Of a stretch of 64,000 bases of DNA, positions 1 to 12,807 are shown in pieces. Source of the stretch: Camelus dromedarius (lineage: Eukaryota); assembly GCF_036321535.1 (NCBI RefSeq), contig NC_087463.1:16802001-16866000 (forward strand), given 5' to 3'. A model generated the notes under the pieces. It did no database searches. It was given only the letters and a program-made list of their open reading frames with translations, and had not been told where the DNA came from. Position 1 is the stretch's first letter; each line of letters starts with the position of its first letter. A program made the position numbers and the translations under genes.

Positions 1-2224
1 CCTTTTGTTCTCCCTCTCAGTAGTTTTCTCATAATATTAAAGACTTTCTGAAATACCTAGATAAATATGATATAAAATAAAAATTCAAGAATAACATCCA
101 CAATTAGATTTTTTCCTTTAAAAAAACCTAATTCGCAAGCTTTTAGGCTGTCTGTATCTCTTGAAATGATGTATAAAAATGATAATGACATAGATTGTAA
201 TACAGACAATCAGTTCAGATAATTACTGCACAAGAGTGGATTTCTTTTATTCCAACTGGCTATTTTAATTGATCAGATAAGCCTAATAATCAAGCAATCT
301 CTACTTAATTTGTGCTAGGCACATATCATTTCAGCAGCCTAGAAACAACATTATGCTCCCTTAAAAAAATTTGTTATGACTCTTTGGGAAAGTTGAAGTG
401 TTGAAGTTTTAATGGCTTTATTGAGGGCACCAAACCTTAAAGCATTAATAGAAAAATTCCTTCATAGGGTTTCCTTGGTCTTAAGATATAGAATAAACAA
501 ACTTAGCAACATTTCTCTATTCTTCAGGCTCACAGCATAGTTTAATAAGAGTAAGGAAAAACCTATGAAATATTCTTTGGGACCAAAGAGACAGAATTTC
601 TATTATTAACTAATAGTTTTTGGTACTGTAAAATAGTTCCCTATATGAATCCCAAAGATACCAAGGTTTCAGTGTTCATTACGTAGCTAAGAAAACATCA
701 GAGGGGAAACCTAGCCTGCAAAAACTGTGACCTTGAGATTTATAACTGTCTCCCTCATTGGGACTTTGTATATAAAATGGTTATTGTTGGGGATGTTCTA
801 ATGTGACGGTTTTGCTTAAATGGGATAACTGCTACCATTAAGAAGGCTACCGAGATGGAGAAAGCAGGTAGGTATGCTTTTGCTGATTTCATTTCAATTT
901 CATTTTCATTTTAATGTCATGAACCAGTAGCAATCAAACTCCAGGCCTTGTATCTGCTCTCCTTCTGCTGCTGGACCAAGGCAATGAGGAAAGTACTTCT
1001 AAGGACTATCAGTTCATGGTTGATACAGGCAAAGCATCCTTGTCAGGATTAATAATGCAGGCAGACAAGTGGATGTTTATTTTAGATCATTCGCTCTGAC
1101 AAGACTGTCGATTTGGAGTTGCTGCAACTGTGGGTTAAGGGAAGTACTGAAAGTGGCTGCAGGCAGAGAACACACCCGTAAGGGGGCTTCTGGGGAGGAG
1201 GGTCAATATCCTGATGAAAAGTCTTCTTGGATTTATCCACAATTAGCTTAGAGCTTGCAAAATCTAAAGCGAAATCAAAGTGTATTTCCAGGACTTGATG
1301 CAATAAAGAAGTAACCATGGCAATTGCCTGCACTGCCTTGAGACTGAGGGAGGAAGTGTGGTCTCAACCTTCATGTCCGTTAGATAGAAATACCGTAGCA
1401 AAATTAAGTAGGAAAAGTACTGGAAATAGCGAAGTGTGTGAAGAAGAGATGACAAGATATTGGTTGCTTTTCTTGGTTCACACAAATAGAAACTAAAGTT
1501 AATTCATTTTTTCCTGTTTGAATTTTTGCATTTTCTGTTGTAAGAATTAACAAGACTCAGGCTCAGGAAAAAAAAAACAGCACAGAAGTATTTCCTGTTC
1601 AGTTGGTGGCATGTTTTGCTGAAGTAAGATAAATGGGTTCTGATTCTGAAAAGCAATTATTCTGTAGAAAGGATACAGTCATCCCTCCCCTTAGTGTGAT
1701 GAACAATGTGTTTACTATAAAATGCTAATTAGCCCTTAAAGATATTAATGTAATTATTGTTCATCTAAGGATATAAATCTGACAGCCCCTGAGGACAGGG
1801 GCATTGCTCATTTTGAAGAAGCAGGTTTAAAGCAGTTTTTGCTTACCTATTTGCCTAATTTAAACTGAATCACTCTTCAAAGAAAAATGAATATAAAATA
1901 TCATCAGGTTGCCAGTCATTCAAAAAGGACAAAGATGCTTGGAGCTGAAATTAAAGGTTATGAAACACACTGACATTTGTGTTCACAGGTAAGGCATTAT
2001 TTTTTAGGTCTAACCAGAGCAGATCATGGATTTAAAAGTATGTGCTATGAATGCCTCATTTAATCTCTGATAGGGCATCTTACTTTGAGTACTGTCTAGA
2101 AGAATCATTTGGGCAGGGAAGAAAGTGAAAAATAGTATTTTTAACTGAAACTGAGGTTTGGACTCCTTGTTAGGATGGAAAGGAGAGGGCAGCCTTGCTG
2201 CCCAAATTCCCAACCCTTTTATTG

Positions 2225-2620
2225 TAAAAATGTATTCATATTGCACCTAACAGAAAATCCAGCCTAAAATGGCTTAACCAAAATAGAGAATGGCTTTTAT
2301 TTTATAACTGGATACTCTGGAATATAACCAGCTTCGGGTATAGTTTGATACAGAAATTAACTGAATATTGAGGCTCTCGCTGTTTTTCACTGTGGTTCTC
2401 ATAACTATGCTCTGCTCTGTGTGTTGTCTTTATCCTCAGGTGCACTCCCCTCAGCAGCAATACTGGCTGCAGCAGTTTAGAAATCAGAGCCATGTGTCAC
2501 GTAGTCCACAGAAGGAGAATGCTTTTAGGTGTTCTGGAAGAGCAAAGAGGTTAGCTTGTAAGGAGGATGCTCCAACAAAGGTCTGCTTATGTCTTATTGA
2601 GCCTCATGCCCAATGCAACA
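2225..2620 (-). mobile_element. MaLR LTR remnant (MLT1-type)
   Basis: Degenerate MLT1 minus-strand motifs (aacagaaaatccagcctaaaatggcttaac...; ctgcttatgtcttattg). Boundaries approximate. Confidence 0.55.
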
Positions 2621-2625
2621 GACTC

Positions 2626-3158
2626 TGTATGTGGACTATCCAATAGCTATTATTGCCTTCCTCCTTAATAACAGAAACTTGATTTTGTTTAAGAATGGAG
2701 AAGCTGTGTGTTCAGGGAAGTAGGCTACTTCCTCAGTCTTAAGGGGTGAACTATAATTGGACTAAATCAATCATGGTAATACTACTACTTTTTCTAGTGA
2801 CTAGTTTAGGGCATGAGTAATTCCAGTCAACAGAACCTTTAGAGAAGTCTACTGGAGGCCTCTGGAAAAGATTTTCCTCTCTAATAATAGAGAGAAATTC
2901 AGGTAGACAACTCTAATCTCTCTACTTTTCTTTTGATGTTATTATATAAGGAAGTAATAGAGCTGTGGAGGCCATCTTGTGACTATGAGAATCTTAGAGA
3001 GGCTGATCTAGAAACCAACTTTGTTGAGTCATCAAAAAAACCTTGGAGCCACCTTCTCCCAGAAATCTTTTTGTGGGGAGGGAAACAGTCTCCTGTCTCT
3101 TATGATGTTTTTAGAGAAATATTTTGTTACTTGCAGCCCAAAGCATCCTAACTGATAA
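2626..3158 (+). mobile_element. MaLR solo LTR (MLT1I/J-like)
   Basis: 5' part ccttcctccttaataacagaaac...ttttgtt and the characteristic MLT1 3' terminus gttacttgcagcccaaagcatcctaactgata. Confidence 0.75.
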
Positions 3159-3384
3159 AATCGATCCTGGAAATTCAGGAGATGGATGTGGTGATGAGCT
3201 TAAATCCTCAAGGCTTACTTATTGAGTGCAGGGTGGATTAGTCCCATTCAAAGAACTCAGCTGAGAATGGATAAGAGGAGTTCTCTAGAGGAAAATCTGA
3301 GTGATTTCAAGAAAGACAAGGGAGAAAGGATGCTGGAGGGTTGACACACCTGACAATCCACCATCAAAAACATCATTCAAGTTG

Positions 3385-3830
3385 CTCATTGGGAACCTGC
3401 AGAATCTCTCTCAACTATAAAGATGAGATAACAGACTCTTATTTTCAGATGTCTGCCAAGCATTTCTTCCTAGATGTCCCACAAGATCATTACACTCAAA
3501 ATGTTTAAAATGCAACTCACCTTTCCCCTCAAAAATGGTTACATCTTTTATATTACATATTTCAGGGCATACAATTTCTTTTACTAATTCAAATAAACTG
3601 GAAAGTTCAAAGACATTCTTGACTTTTCCTTCATCACTACCTCCTACTATGGTCATAACTTCCATATCTAAAATGTCTCTTGGCTTGGCCTCTTGGTCAT
3701 CATTTCCATTTCCTGGCCCTAAGCCATGCCCCATCACAACAATGGCTAGCTGGACTTCTAGACTTTAGGACACATCTAATGCCAATCCATTATCTCATTG
3801 CTATTAGAATTACAAATATCACTGAATAAT
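3385..3830 (+). mobile_element. L2 LINE fragment
   Basis: cctagatgtcccacaag...ctcaaaatgtttaaaatgcaactc and gacattcttgacttttcc resemble the L2 3' region. Confidence 0.6.
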
Positions 3831-4009
3831 GTTTAAAACAACCCTTCAGAAAATTCTTATACTATCCTTGATATAAAGCCTCTGACCACTTTATTCCTTA
3901 AGTTTACAATTCAAAACATACTTCTAAATACACATAGGGATTACACAGACAATAAGCAAACATATTTAAATAGAAATAATGTTTGCTAAAGAAAATAGAG
4001 TAATAACTA

Positions 4010-4245
4010 GGGCAAAAGATTAGAATGAGAAAAGCAAAGCCTTTGGATTCAGGATGTCCTAGACCTGAATCTTAGCTTTTAACTGAGTGAATTTGGTCAA
4101 GTGTCTTAACCTCTCTGAGCCCTATTTCCTGACTCTGTGAATATGGGGAATACAGTCCCCACTTCAGGAGCTGGCAAGGGCTTGAACTGAGGTAAAAGAG
4201 GTTAAGTATTTAATACAGAGTGACAGTAGATCCTCAATAAAGAAC
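4010..4245 (+). mobile_element. MIR SINE
   Basis: MIR core tggtcaagtgtcttaacctctctgagccctatttcc and MIR-like tail. Confidence 0.8.
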
Positions 4246-4631
4246 TAGCATTGTTGTTCTTCTTAGTAGGCACTTACAAAATACTGGATTTTCTTCCTTA
4301 TCCAGAACCAAGACTATTGCAGAGATTAAAAAAAAAAAATCCACAGATTCATGTGTTAATGTTCACACACTTTTATCATAAAAAAGCATGCTAGGTTCTT
4401 ACTCAATGACAATGAGCAATTCTAATACTTTTTTAAAAATTCTGATTTCCCAAGCCCAAATTTGATGAACAGCAGCAAACTGACAGGCAGAAGAGTGAAA
4501 ACGGAGAGAAATAGCAGATGACAGCAAAGAAGCTTAAGGAAATACCTTAGCATACAGATATAAGAACGCAACATGTGCAGCAGGGAAAACGAACTTCACA
4601 AGCCCGGAGGGATCCACCATGAAAGTTGCAG

Positions 4632-4880
4632 AGAAAGAGCAGTATGTGGTTGTTAAGGACACAGATTCTGGACTCTGCTGCATGAGTTTGAACCTCAGCT
4701 CTACTGTTAACTAGCTTATGCGCTCAACTTTCTCAATCTCTCTCTGAAATGGAGACAATCATTGTACCTAAGTCACAGAGTTGTATGTAAGTAAACGCAG
4801 AAGTAAATAATTTAATGCTGTAGGGCACTTTGAACAGTGCCAGACCCATACCCAGTGACCACAGAAGCACTCACTTTTAT
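4632..4880 (+). mobile_element. MIR SINE
   Basis: gtggttgttaaggacacagattctgg...tttgaacctcagctctac...gaaatggagacaatcattgtaccta. Confidence 0.75.
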
Positions 4881-6334
4881 TATTACAACACAGTATCATC
4901 AACAGTGCTTATTTGAAAGACGGAATCATCAAATATTATCCCCATATCCTCTGTTTTTAAAGAGAAGTAGAAATACCTTTGGGAATTTGTTCAATCAAAA
5001 CTGTTAACATTCTTTAAAAGATCTGGTGCTCATGGTAAAAAAAATTTTAGGTGTCTGAAATATTTATGTATCTGGAATTCCACTGAGAGTAACAGAAAAA
5101 ATGAGATACTACATTTAGATTCAGAATTTTTAAGGGTATGTTATTTTCAGTATATTAAAAGAAGTCTTTCTTCCTCCATGCCTTTAGAATTGAAATAAGA
5201 GACAGGGAGCAGGTTCTTTTGAAAGGTTCCTGAGCATGGCCATGGGACAGCGTAGCCTAAGTGGATGTTCCTAGGATGGCAAAGACCTGGACACGATTCA
5301 AATGTTTCTAAGTGATATAAAGATCCAGCCTAGCAGTTTGTCTCTCAGAACAAAGCTTCCCTACCTCGCACACAAATCTGTCACAGATGTGTTTCTTCTC
5401 TTTTCTGAAAAGAAACGACAAAACAATCTATTCATTCCTATTTCCTCAGTCAAAAGAAGCAGGGGGCAATGGTTCTTGCATTTTTATAAAGAATGGATGA
5501 AACTGCTTACTAAATTTTTGTCAGTATATTGTCTCAGGCTAGTCAGCATCCCTGCTTTACAGAATTTTTTTAAAGTAGTAAATCACTCAGAAAATGCTGC
5601 ACCCAATTTTGAGTCCAAAAGCAGATTAAAACAATTTATCATCATCGTTCATAACTTTTTCATTGTACCTCATCAGGAAAAAGAAAATAAGAGTTGTATT
5701 GATTAATGGTCCTAATTCAGCCTAATTTTGACAATAAGTTAATAGAGTCTTCAACATTTCAATCTTTGGAATAAATCTTCTAAAAGTAGAAAGAAATGCC
5801 AGCCCTGTGCCAAGAAAACTTAGTGTGCCCTCTTACAGTGCACCCTCTCACAGTGTACCATCTTTTCTCACTGAATCATCCCCAACAAGTCTTACAGAAT
5901 CTAAACAAAAGGATTGCTAGGTCTTTGTGGCCAAGAAGATTGCCTGACATTATCCTTCAACTCCAGTTGTAAGCACTAAATAAATATCTGATAGATAAGT
6001 CAATGAGATAATGATTTTATTTTCTTACAGAATGTTTAGGATTCTCTTAGCATTTAGGCCTTGACTCCAAATAATAACCAACTGCTTGAGTTAGTGACTT
6101 CCAGCTGAAGGATTGTTAAAAGCCTCATATCAATATTTACTTTTGAAAAAATAACTAGAAGCAATCAAATTTTGGAACATATAAAGATAACATTCTACTG
6201 CAATCAAGTACTTTATCCCATCAATATAAGAATCTATTAGCAGACAAGAGATAACTCCAACATGATTTGTTCAATAGATACTAAAAACGGATTTCATAAA
6301 ATTTCCACCTTTTCCTACGAATAGTAAAAAAATA

Positions 6335-6540
6335 ATAGCTAATATTGACTGAACACTTTCTATGTGCCAGGCCCTATGCTGTGCTTTAGATACATAATCT
6401 CCTTTAACTGTCTTATTAATACCATCCAGATGATGGCATCACAGAACTCCATTTAAAAATCAAGGCTTAGAGACACTGAAAAAAATCTGTCTAACACCTT
6501 ATTTCCAAACCTGGACTTTAATTCATCATAATGTACTACT
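6335..6540 (-). mobile_element. MIR SINE
   Basis: aatagctaatattgactgaacactttctatgtgccaggccctatgctgtgcttta is the reverse MIR 3' half. Confidence 0.7.
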
Positions 6541-6649
6541 TATACTCTTAGGGAAAAAAAGGTAAGGCAACAGTCTTTTTAAGGATACATTGGAATAATT
6601 ACTTGTAGGAGAGCAAATGTCTCTAAACTCTGGACAGAAACTTCTCAAT

Positions 6650-7200
6650 AAATACAGACTCTAAGACATTTCACACTCTTTGCTCAAATAATTGTTCAAA
6701 ATATTGTTCAAACATTGTTCAAATCATTACATATGTACCCAAAGGAAATAATTAGAAGTTTGGATAATTTATATAAAAAGATACCCTTTGAAATGCTGTA
6801 TCTAACTTTGAAAAAACTGGAACCAGCCTAACTATTGAACAATAGAGGAGTAGTTACATTAATTTTAGTTCATCCTTATGACAGGATATTAAGCTAACTT
6901 CTAAAATGCTGTTTGAATAGTCACATAAGATAAAAATGATCTACACCAAAATATAAATAGCTAAAGCTAAATGAAAAAAGGATAGCATATTTATATATAA
7001 TACAATTCTAATTATCTATCTATATATTAATACAAAAAGATGGAAAGTAAATACATCAAAATGTTGACAATAGTTATCAGTGTGCGGTAGCTGTATGGTT
7101 GATTCTGAGTTACATCTTCATATGTTTCTGCATTTTCCAAAGTCCCTATAGGGAACTTGCCTGAGTTTTTTATTCTTAAAAAATGTTATAAAAAACAAGA
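6650..7200 (+). mobile_element. Old L1 (L1ME-like) 3' end
   Basis: aaaactggaaccagcctaac...caatagaggag and aaatacatcaaaatgttgacaatagttatc resemble the L1M 3' UTR. Confidence 0.65.
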
Positions 7201-7302
7201 CAGTCTCAACTAACAGTATCTTACAGGTGAAAAATTTGAGACTCTCTATTTTCGTCAGCAAGGAGCTCAGTATTAGTCATCTATTTTCATCCACACTTCT
7301 AT

Positions 7303-7815
7303 TCAACTTTCACAAATAAAACAGCTCTTATCACAGTGGTGACGTTCATTAACAGTAAACGAATGCACGACCATCAGTATCAGTATGGTCCCCAAAGCAA
7401 GCATGCCTCTCCCGCTGTGGAGCCTGGCTTTCTTAACTGTAGCAGATTGTAGGTCCTGCCAAACGAAGTAGGAAAAAGAGGGGTGGGAAGCCTGAGGTAA
7501 ATAACTGCCAGAGTCTGGGCTCAAAGTGTAAATAACCCCTTCTTATGTGTAGTGATAACACTGTCACTGAGCCATGGTTCTTGTCCCCAGTCACCCTCAG
7601 ACCATTAGCTGTGAGAACCTACAAGGGCACGATGCCCCTCTGTGGGATACATGTCCATTTGTTCAATTCGAAGAAGCAGCAGTTCTCACCTGATAGAAGG
7701 GTTGGAATTCAGTAAACTCTACTAAATTTCTTGATGAGATTTCCAGAGTCAAGTGCCTTCGTGCAATACTGTCTAGGCAAGCTTGTCCATGCTTCGAGTA
7801 AATCCCCTCTTTATT
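7303..7815 (-). other. Putative two-exon open frame (exons 7815-7690 and 7455-7303), unverified
   Basis: Consensus splice sites (tttag|AAT...CAG|gtgaga; ttcgtttggcag|GAC). Phase-0 join with no stop over 92 codons. AATAAA on the minus strand at 7169-7174. No recognisable homology. Confidence 0.2.
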
Positions 7816-8169
7816 CTAAATATCCATAGAAAACTGTATGTATACATAGACACAGACATAAATATATGTCTTCCAGGTGACTGTCCTGGACATTGAGAGT
7901 TAAAAAAGACAGAAAGGGATTTATAGTCTTCTAGCACCTTCCAGCATCAACAATGCCTACCCAACTAAACATTTGTCTATGGTGGGGGGAACAATAGAAT
8001 GAAGTATTTCAGATTCTACACATTGTATTAGGGCAATGGATCAATGAAGTGGTTCTTTTTCAATGTAACTTTTCATAGTGTTTTCCAAATTTTCTCTCAT
8101 TGAGTACGTATTATTTTTATAACAGAGCAAACAGACCTTTAAAATGCTTAATGTTCTCTGCCCTTGAAG

Positions 8170-8450
8170 AAATTAAAAACCTAGCAAGGAGGACAGAGAG
8201 TTTTCCACTAGGTATATGACAGTATAAAGAGCACTATCCTCCTAGTACAAAGTTTTGGAGAGCACCAAGAGGGAAAAGGTTAATTCTGTCCAACGTCACA
8301 ATGTTGAGTGAACGTCACGAGGAAGGAGCTTCTGAAACAGTCCTTGAAGGATGAGTAATATTTCTATCTGCTCAAGAAGAGCATTCAAGGCAGAAGTCAG
8401 CATGAATAGACTCAGACATAAAAGTCCAGGACATGCTAGGGGAAGGGCAG
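8170..8450 (-). mobile_element. L2 LINE fragment
   Basis: gaggaaggagcttctga...cttgaaggatgagta...agcattcaaggcaga is reverse L2. Confidence 0.55.
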
Positions 8451-8984
8451 TTAATCTGAGATCATAGCCCTTATTTGATGTGGTCACCCCAAATGTCACC
8501 CTATCCCAACTCAATGTTTAATCTTGATTAAGTTGTAATTCTTCAATATGCATCTGGATTAATTTCTTATTTTACTATGTGTCACATTAAATGCATCTAT
8601 ATACGTCATCTGTACCAATGTTAATATTATTTCAAAAATGAAATTGATTTCAAAATTAAACAGATTTAAATGTGCAGTCAATTCATTTGATTTACATTTT
8701 AGAAATTTCTCTTGAGAAATTATAATGGCTCCTCACAGCTCATTATTTCTTATCAGTTTGATTAAAGGTTTTGTGACTTAGCTAACTCAGGTATAGAACA
8801 ACATTTGGAAAAGCATGTTTAAATGATTTTATGACATATGTGAGGATGTGAACTGTAATATAAGTATACAGTAATAGTTTCTGGCAGAAATCCTTTCAAA
8901 TAGTTTAACCAGAGACTCCACTGAATGAACATAAAGCCAGTTAGAGGAAATCATTTTACAGTGACAAAAGGATTGCCTGAACAA

Positions 8985-9170
8985 GGCACAGAAGCCTGAG
9001 GCTCTAATCCTAGCCCCTCCATTTACTAGCCATGAGATTACATCAAATGAAAAACCTGAACCTCAGTTTCCCCATTCATGAAAGACATACTAATAAATAC
9101 TATGTATTCCTTATTTCACAAAAATATTTAAATCATATCAGAATGTACATGTCATCAGTTACGCAATTGT
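8985..9170 (+). mobile_element. MIR SINE
   Basis: ctgaacctcagtttccccattcatgaaa core. Confidence 0.6.
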
Positions 9171-9684
9171 TTAAAAAAAAGTCCTTAGAGATAATCCAAT
9201 TAGGTTTCTAGATTTTGCTCCAAGATCCCCATTCAGGGCCCCCTAACAAGATGTAGGACAGGTGGAAACAGAATGAAGGGTACTGCTGCTGAATGCATGG
9301 GGTCCCTCTCTCACATCCCCATTTTCAGCTGAGGAGTCCTAATTTATCTGCTTTACATATTGGGATCCAGAAAGCTTCTATTTGAAGAAGATGCCCAGTA
9401 GTTTCAAAGGATTGAAAACCACTGATTTATCCAATTGCCTCATATGACAATGAAAAAAGTAAAACCCAGAGTAGCTAAAAATTCCACCACTTTCAGTAAC
9501 TATAAAGTGGCTGGGCGTATAAAATCCAAGTCTTCTGTTTCCAAGCCCAGTACCCTTTCTGCCATACCACGTGGAAGGGTTAAATAAATATGTGTATTGA
9601 CACTGAAGTAGTAAGAATCAGTACAAGTGTTTGTAGATTTGACATCACCTGTACAGTATGAAAATTTTGTTCAGCAATATAAAA

Positions 9685-9830
9685 CTAGTTCATTCATTAG
9701 TTTGCACATTTATTCGATAAATATTGTATCAAATATGTGCCAGACATTGTTTTAAGTACGGATTTCAACACAGTCTACAGTTGAATTTCAAAGAAGTTAT
9801 GACATCCAAGCTTAACAGTAACATACAATA
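9685..9830 (-). mobile_element. L2 3' end fragment
   Basis: ttcattcatt...tatgtgccagacattgttttaagtac. Confidence 0.55.
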
Positions 9831-9989
9831 CTCCATTTTTTTATGGAATACAGGCAGAGTATTATGAATTTAATTACTGCCTATACAAAAGCACCCCTTT
9901 AATTTCAGGACCAGAGTAAACACTAAATTACCTGTATCGGGCACACCTCACTGAATTTCCTGTATTAATTTGTTTCTTCTACCAAAAGC

Positions 9990-10405
9990 TAACACTCCAC
10001 TTGGGAAACACCCACCTACTGTCACCTTCAAGGAATTGGAACCTTCAGGCATCTCCTTTCTCTTCTGTATATTTTCTCCCTTTCTGGTGATCATTCTATG
10101 GCATATAAATATGCTCTAGTGTCTCACATATTCAAAACAAAACAAAGCCCTTCTTTGCCCCTATGACCAACTGCCACACATATTCCTTTCTTTGTTTCAA
10201 AGCAAATATTTTTGGAAAGAGTTGTCTAAAGCCACTATGTTTTTCCCACCCTTACCCCCACTGGCATCTATGGTCGAAGGCATGCTCCACTTTCTCTTCC
10301 CTCTAGAAGGTGAGAAAAGAGATCCTGCTTGTTCACCAACCCCAGAACTTTGGACAGCACCTACCATCTGCCTGACTCAGTGAATATTTGTGTAAATAAA
10401 TCATC
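9990..10405 (+). mobile_element. L2 LINE fragment
   Basis: ctcctttctcttctg...tgctctagtgtctcacatattcaaaac...tgaatatttgtgtaaataaat. Confidence 0.55.
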
Positions 10406-10649
10406 TGGAACCATACAGTGATTTCATAATTACATAATAATATATAGCTTGCCAATTTCTCATATATTTCTGAAGGATGGGTCACAATATATGCTAACTC
10501 TTACTTGATCCAAAATTAAACTCTTTCAACCACCATTTGAAAAAATGGGTAATGACCCATAATGCTAGAGTACAGTTAATCTATACATGCAATTTAATCC
10601 TTACCAAAATTGCAAGAAGGATTTTTTGCGTGTGTAACGTGGCAAAATA

Positions 10650-11940
10650 ATTCTAAAACCCATTTTAAAGAACAAATATTTTTAAATAACTAGGAAGACT
10701 TGACAAAGAAGAATAATGTAGGTAAAACTGCACTACAAGATACAAAAACTGTGTTACAAAATAACAGTAATTAAAACAGCGTGAATCTGGCACAGGATGA
10801 GAGCTCAGAAACAGATTACAGAGTTCAGAATTGAGCTCAAATATATTTGAGAATTTTGTAAATAAAGGACAGCATTTCAACAGGGAGGGAAATATTAGTT
10901 ATTCAATAAAAGGTCTTGGGACAACTGCCTAGGTACTTGCAAAATAAATAAGTAACCCTTCCTAACTCCTCATACCAAATAAATTCATGGTAGAAAATAC
11001 AGTATTGGAAAATAATTTTACAGCCTTGGAGGAAGGAAGGCCTTTTGAGTATATTAACAAAACTAAAAGCATAAAGAAAAACACTAATGACAGACTCAAC
11101 GACTTAAAGGTGTAAGAATATATATGTTGAAAACAAGCAAAAAATAAACTAGAAAACCCTGTCAACAAGATTAAAAGGCAAACAAAAAACTAGCAAACAT
11201 TGTTACATCATATATATGATAAAGGATTACCAAAAAAAGTGATATCAAATCAACTGGGAAAAGAACATCCCAACAGATAAATGGGCAAAGGAAATTGAAA
11301 ATTCACAAAATTATAAATGCTCAGTAAACATGTGAAATTATAGCCAGTCTCATTAGTAATCAAAAGAATGCAAGTTAATACTATATATAAAATAGATAAA
11401 CAACAAGGTCCTACTGTATAGCACAGGGAACTATATTCAATATCTGGTAGTAACCTATATTGAAAAAGAATATGTATGTGTGTGTATGTGTGTGTATAAC
11501 TGAATCACTATGCTGTACACCAGAGACTAATACAACACTGTATATTGACTATGCTTCAATCAAAAACGAATGCAAGTTAAGATACTGAATTTCGTTCATC
11601 TATTAAATCCGGCTAAAATTAAAAGTATTGGCAATATACTGCGTTGGCGAGGGGATGAAAAACAGAATTCTTAAGCACTTATGAAAGAGTAAACTGATAC
11701 AAAGGTCCTGCAAGTTAGTTTGGCATCAAATGTAAAATATCTATTAAGGGAATAGCCAGACAACTAACATATAAAGGGTATTCTTTGCCGAGTCATTTAT
11801 AATTGAAAAAAAAGTCTATCAACAGGATATTACTGAATATGTCATTATCAGTCCATCTCTATGGAGACCTGTGTGGACCTTCAATTTTTAAATATAGAAA
11901 GTTATTCACAATATGTCAAGTGTAAAATAAAAGTTACAGA
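10650..11940 (+). mobile_element. Old L1M ORF2 3' remnant (disrupted), interrupted by a younger L1
   Basis: cactacaagatacaaaaactgtg..., attcaataaaaggtcttgggacaactg, aatcaactgggaaaagaacatcccaacagataaatgggcaaagg are degenerate L1 ORF2. Confidence 0.8.
11379..11567 (+). mobile_element. Young 5'-truncated L1 3' end (cetartiodactyl type) with 13-bp TSD
   Basis: ataaacaacaaggtcctactgtatagcacagggaactatattcaatatc...tatgctgtacaccag. Flanked by GAATGCAAGTTAA at 11366-11378 and 11568-11580. Confidence 0.9.
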
Positions 11941-11944
11941 GCTA

Positions 11945-12665
11945 TTCTACCTCCTAAATATTTCCTGAATCAGTCCCCTTCTTTCATCTTGCCTAGTACT
12001 CTGGTGCCAACTAACGTCTTCTCTCTCCTGTACCCCCTCAAGCCCTGGCTTCCTCGTGAGTCTTCCTCCTGGGGAATTTCCACATGCAGCCATAGGATAG
12101 TTCTACAATGCTAATATCTCATTATGTTACTCCTCACTGAAAAACCACTACCCTTGACCAAGCTGGCCCCTGCCTACTCCTCGAAGCTCTTTCTCTTGCC
12201 CCACTCTCCTTTGCTCTGGTTTCCCAGCTCCAGCGGCCTTCTTTCAGTTCTTCCATCCCTCCTGACCCACTCCAACCTCAATCCCTTGCATTCATTCTCT
12301 GTCTGGAACCTTCTTGCCCTCCCTGCACCACCCATCCCCACACTATGCCTGCTGATACCTTTGCATCTTTCAATGCTCAGCACAGATGCCATTTCCTCAG
12401 GAAAATTTTCCTGACCACAAAACCTAGGTCGGCGCCCCCTCTACATACCCTCATAGCTCTCTTTCTTTTTCCTTAATCACCTTATCACAGTTTGCAATTA
12501 TATATTTGTGGATTATATCGTAATGATCCATCTCCCACCTCAGGCTGAGGACAAGGACCATTTCCATTTTCTTCATCATTATGAACCACTGATACATATT
12601 AACACAATTTAGAGACCAACATGTATCTGGCACTGAAATATCTTATGAGTGAAGGGAGGGAGGGC
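11945..12665 (+). mobile_element. L2 LINE 3' portion
   Basis: ctacctcctaaatatttcctgaatc...catttcctcaggaaaattttcctgacc...cttatcacagtttgcaattatatatttg. Confidence 0.8.
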
Positions 12666-12807
12666 AAAAGGAAAGGAAAGAATAAAGATTTGTTACTCTG
12701 TTACTTGAAAATCAATAAGAGCATCAAGAAATAAAATTAATTCTTGATTATTATTTTAAAAAATAAGTACATCCATCACAGATTTTGAACCATAAAAGTA
12801 ATAATCA

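Noticed and set aside
5302-5706. 134-aa ORF, and similar 120-145-aa ORFs at 22373, 41531 and 59698
   Set aside because: No recognisable domain. Compositions reflect AT-rich or low-complexity DNA, and several use non-ATG starts. ORFs of this size are expected by chance in 64 kb.
6680-6724. ATTGTTCAAA repeated three times with short spacers (CRISPR-like or functional array)
   Set aside because: It is a tiny slippage repeat inside an old L1 in a mammalian genome, with spacers of 1-2 nt.
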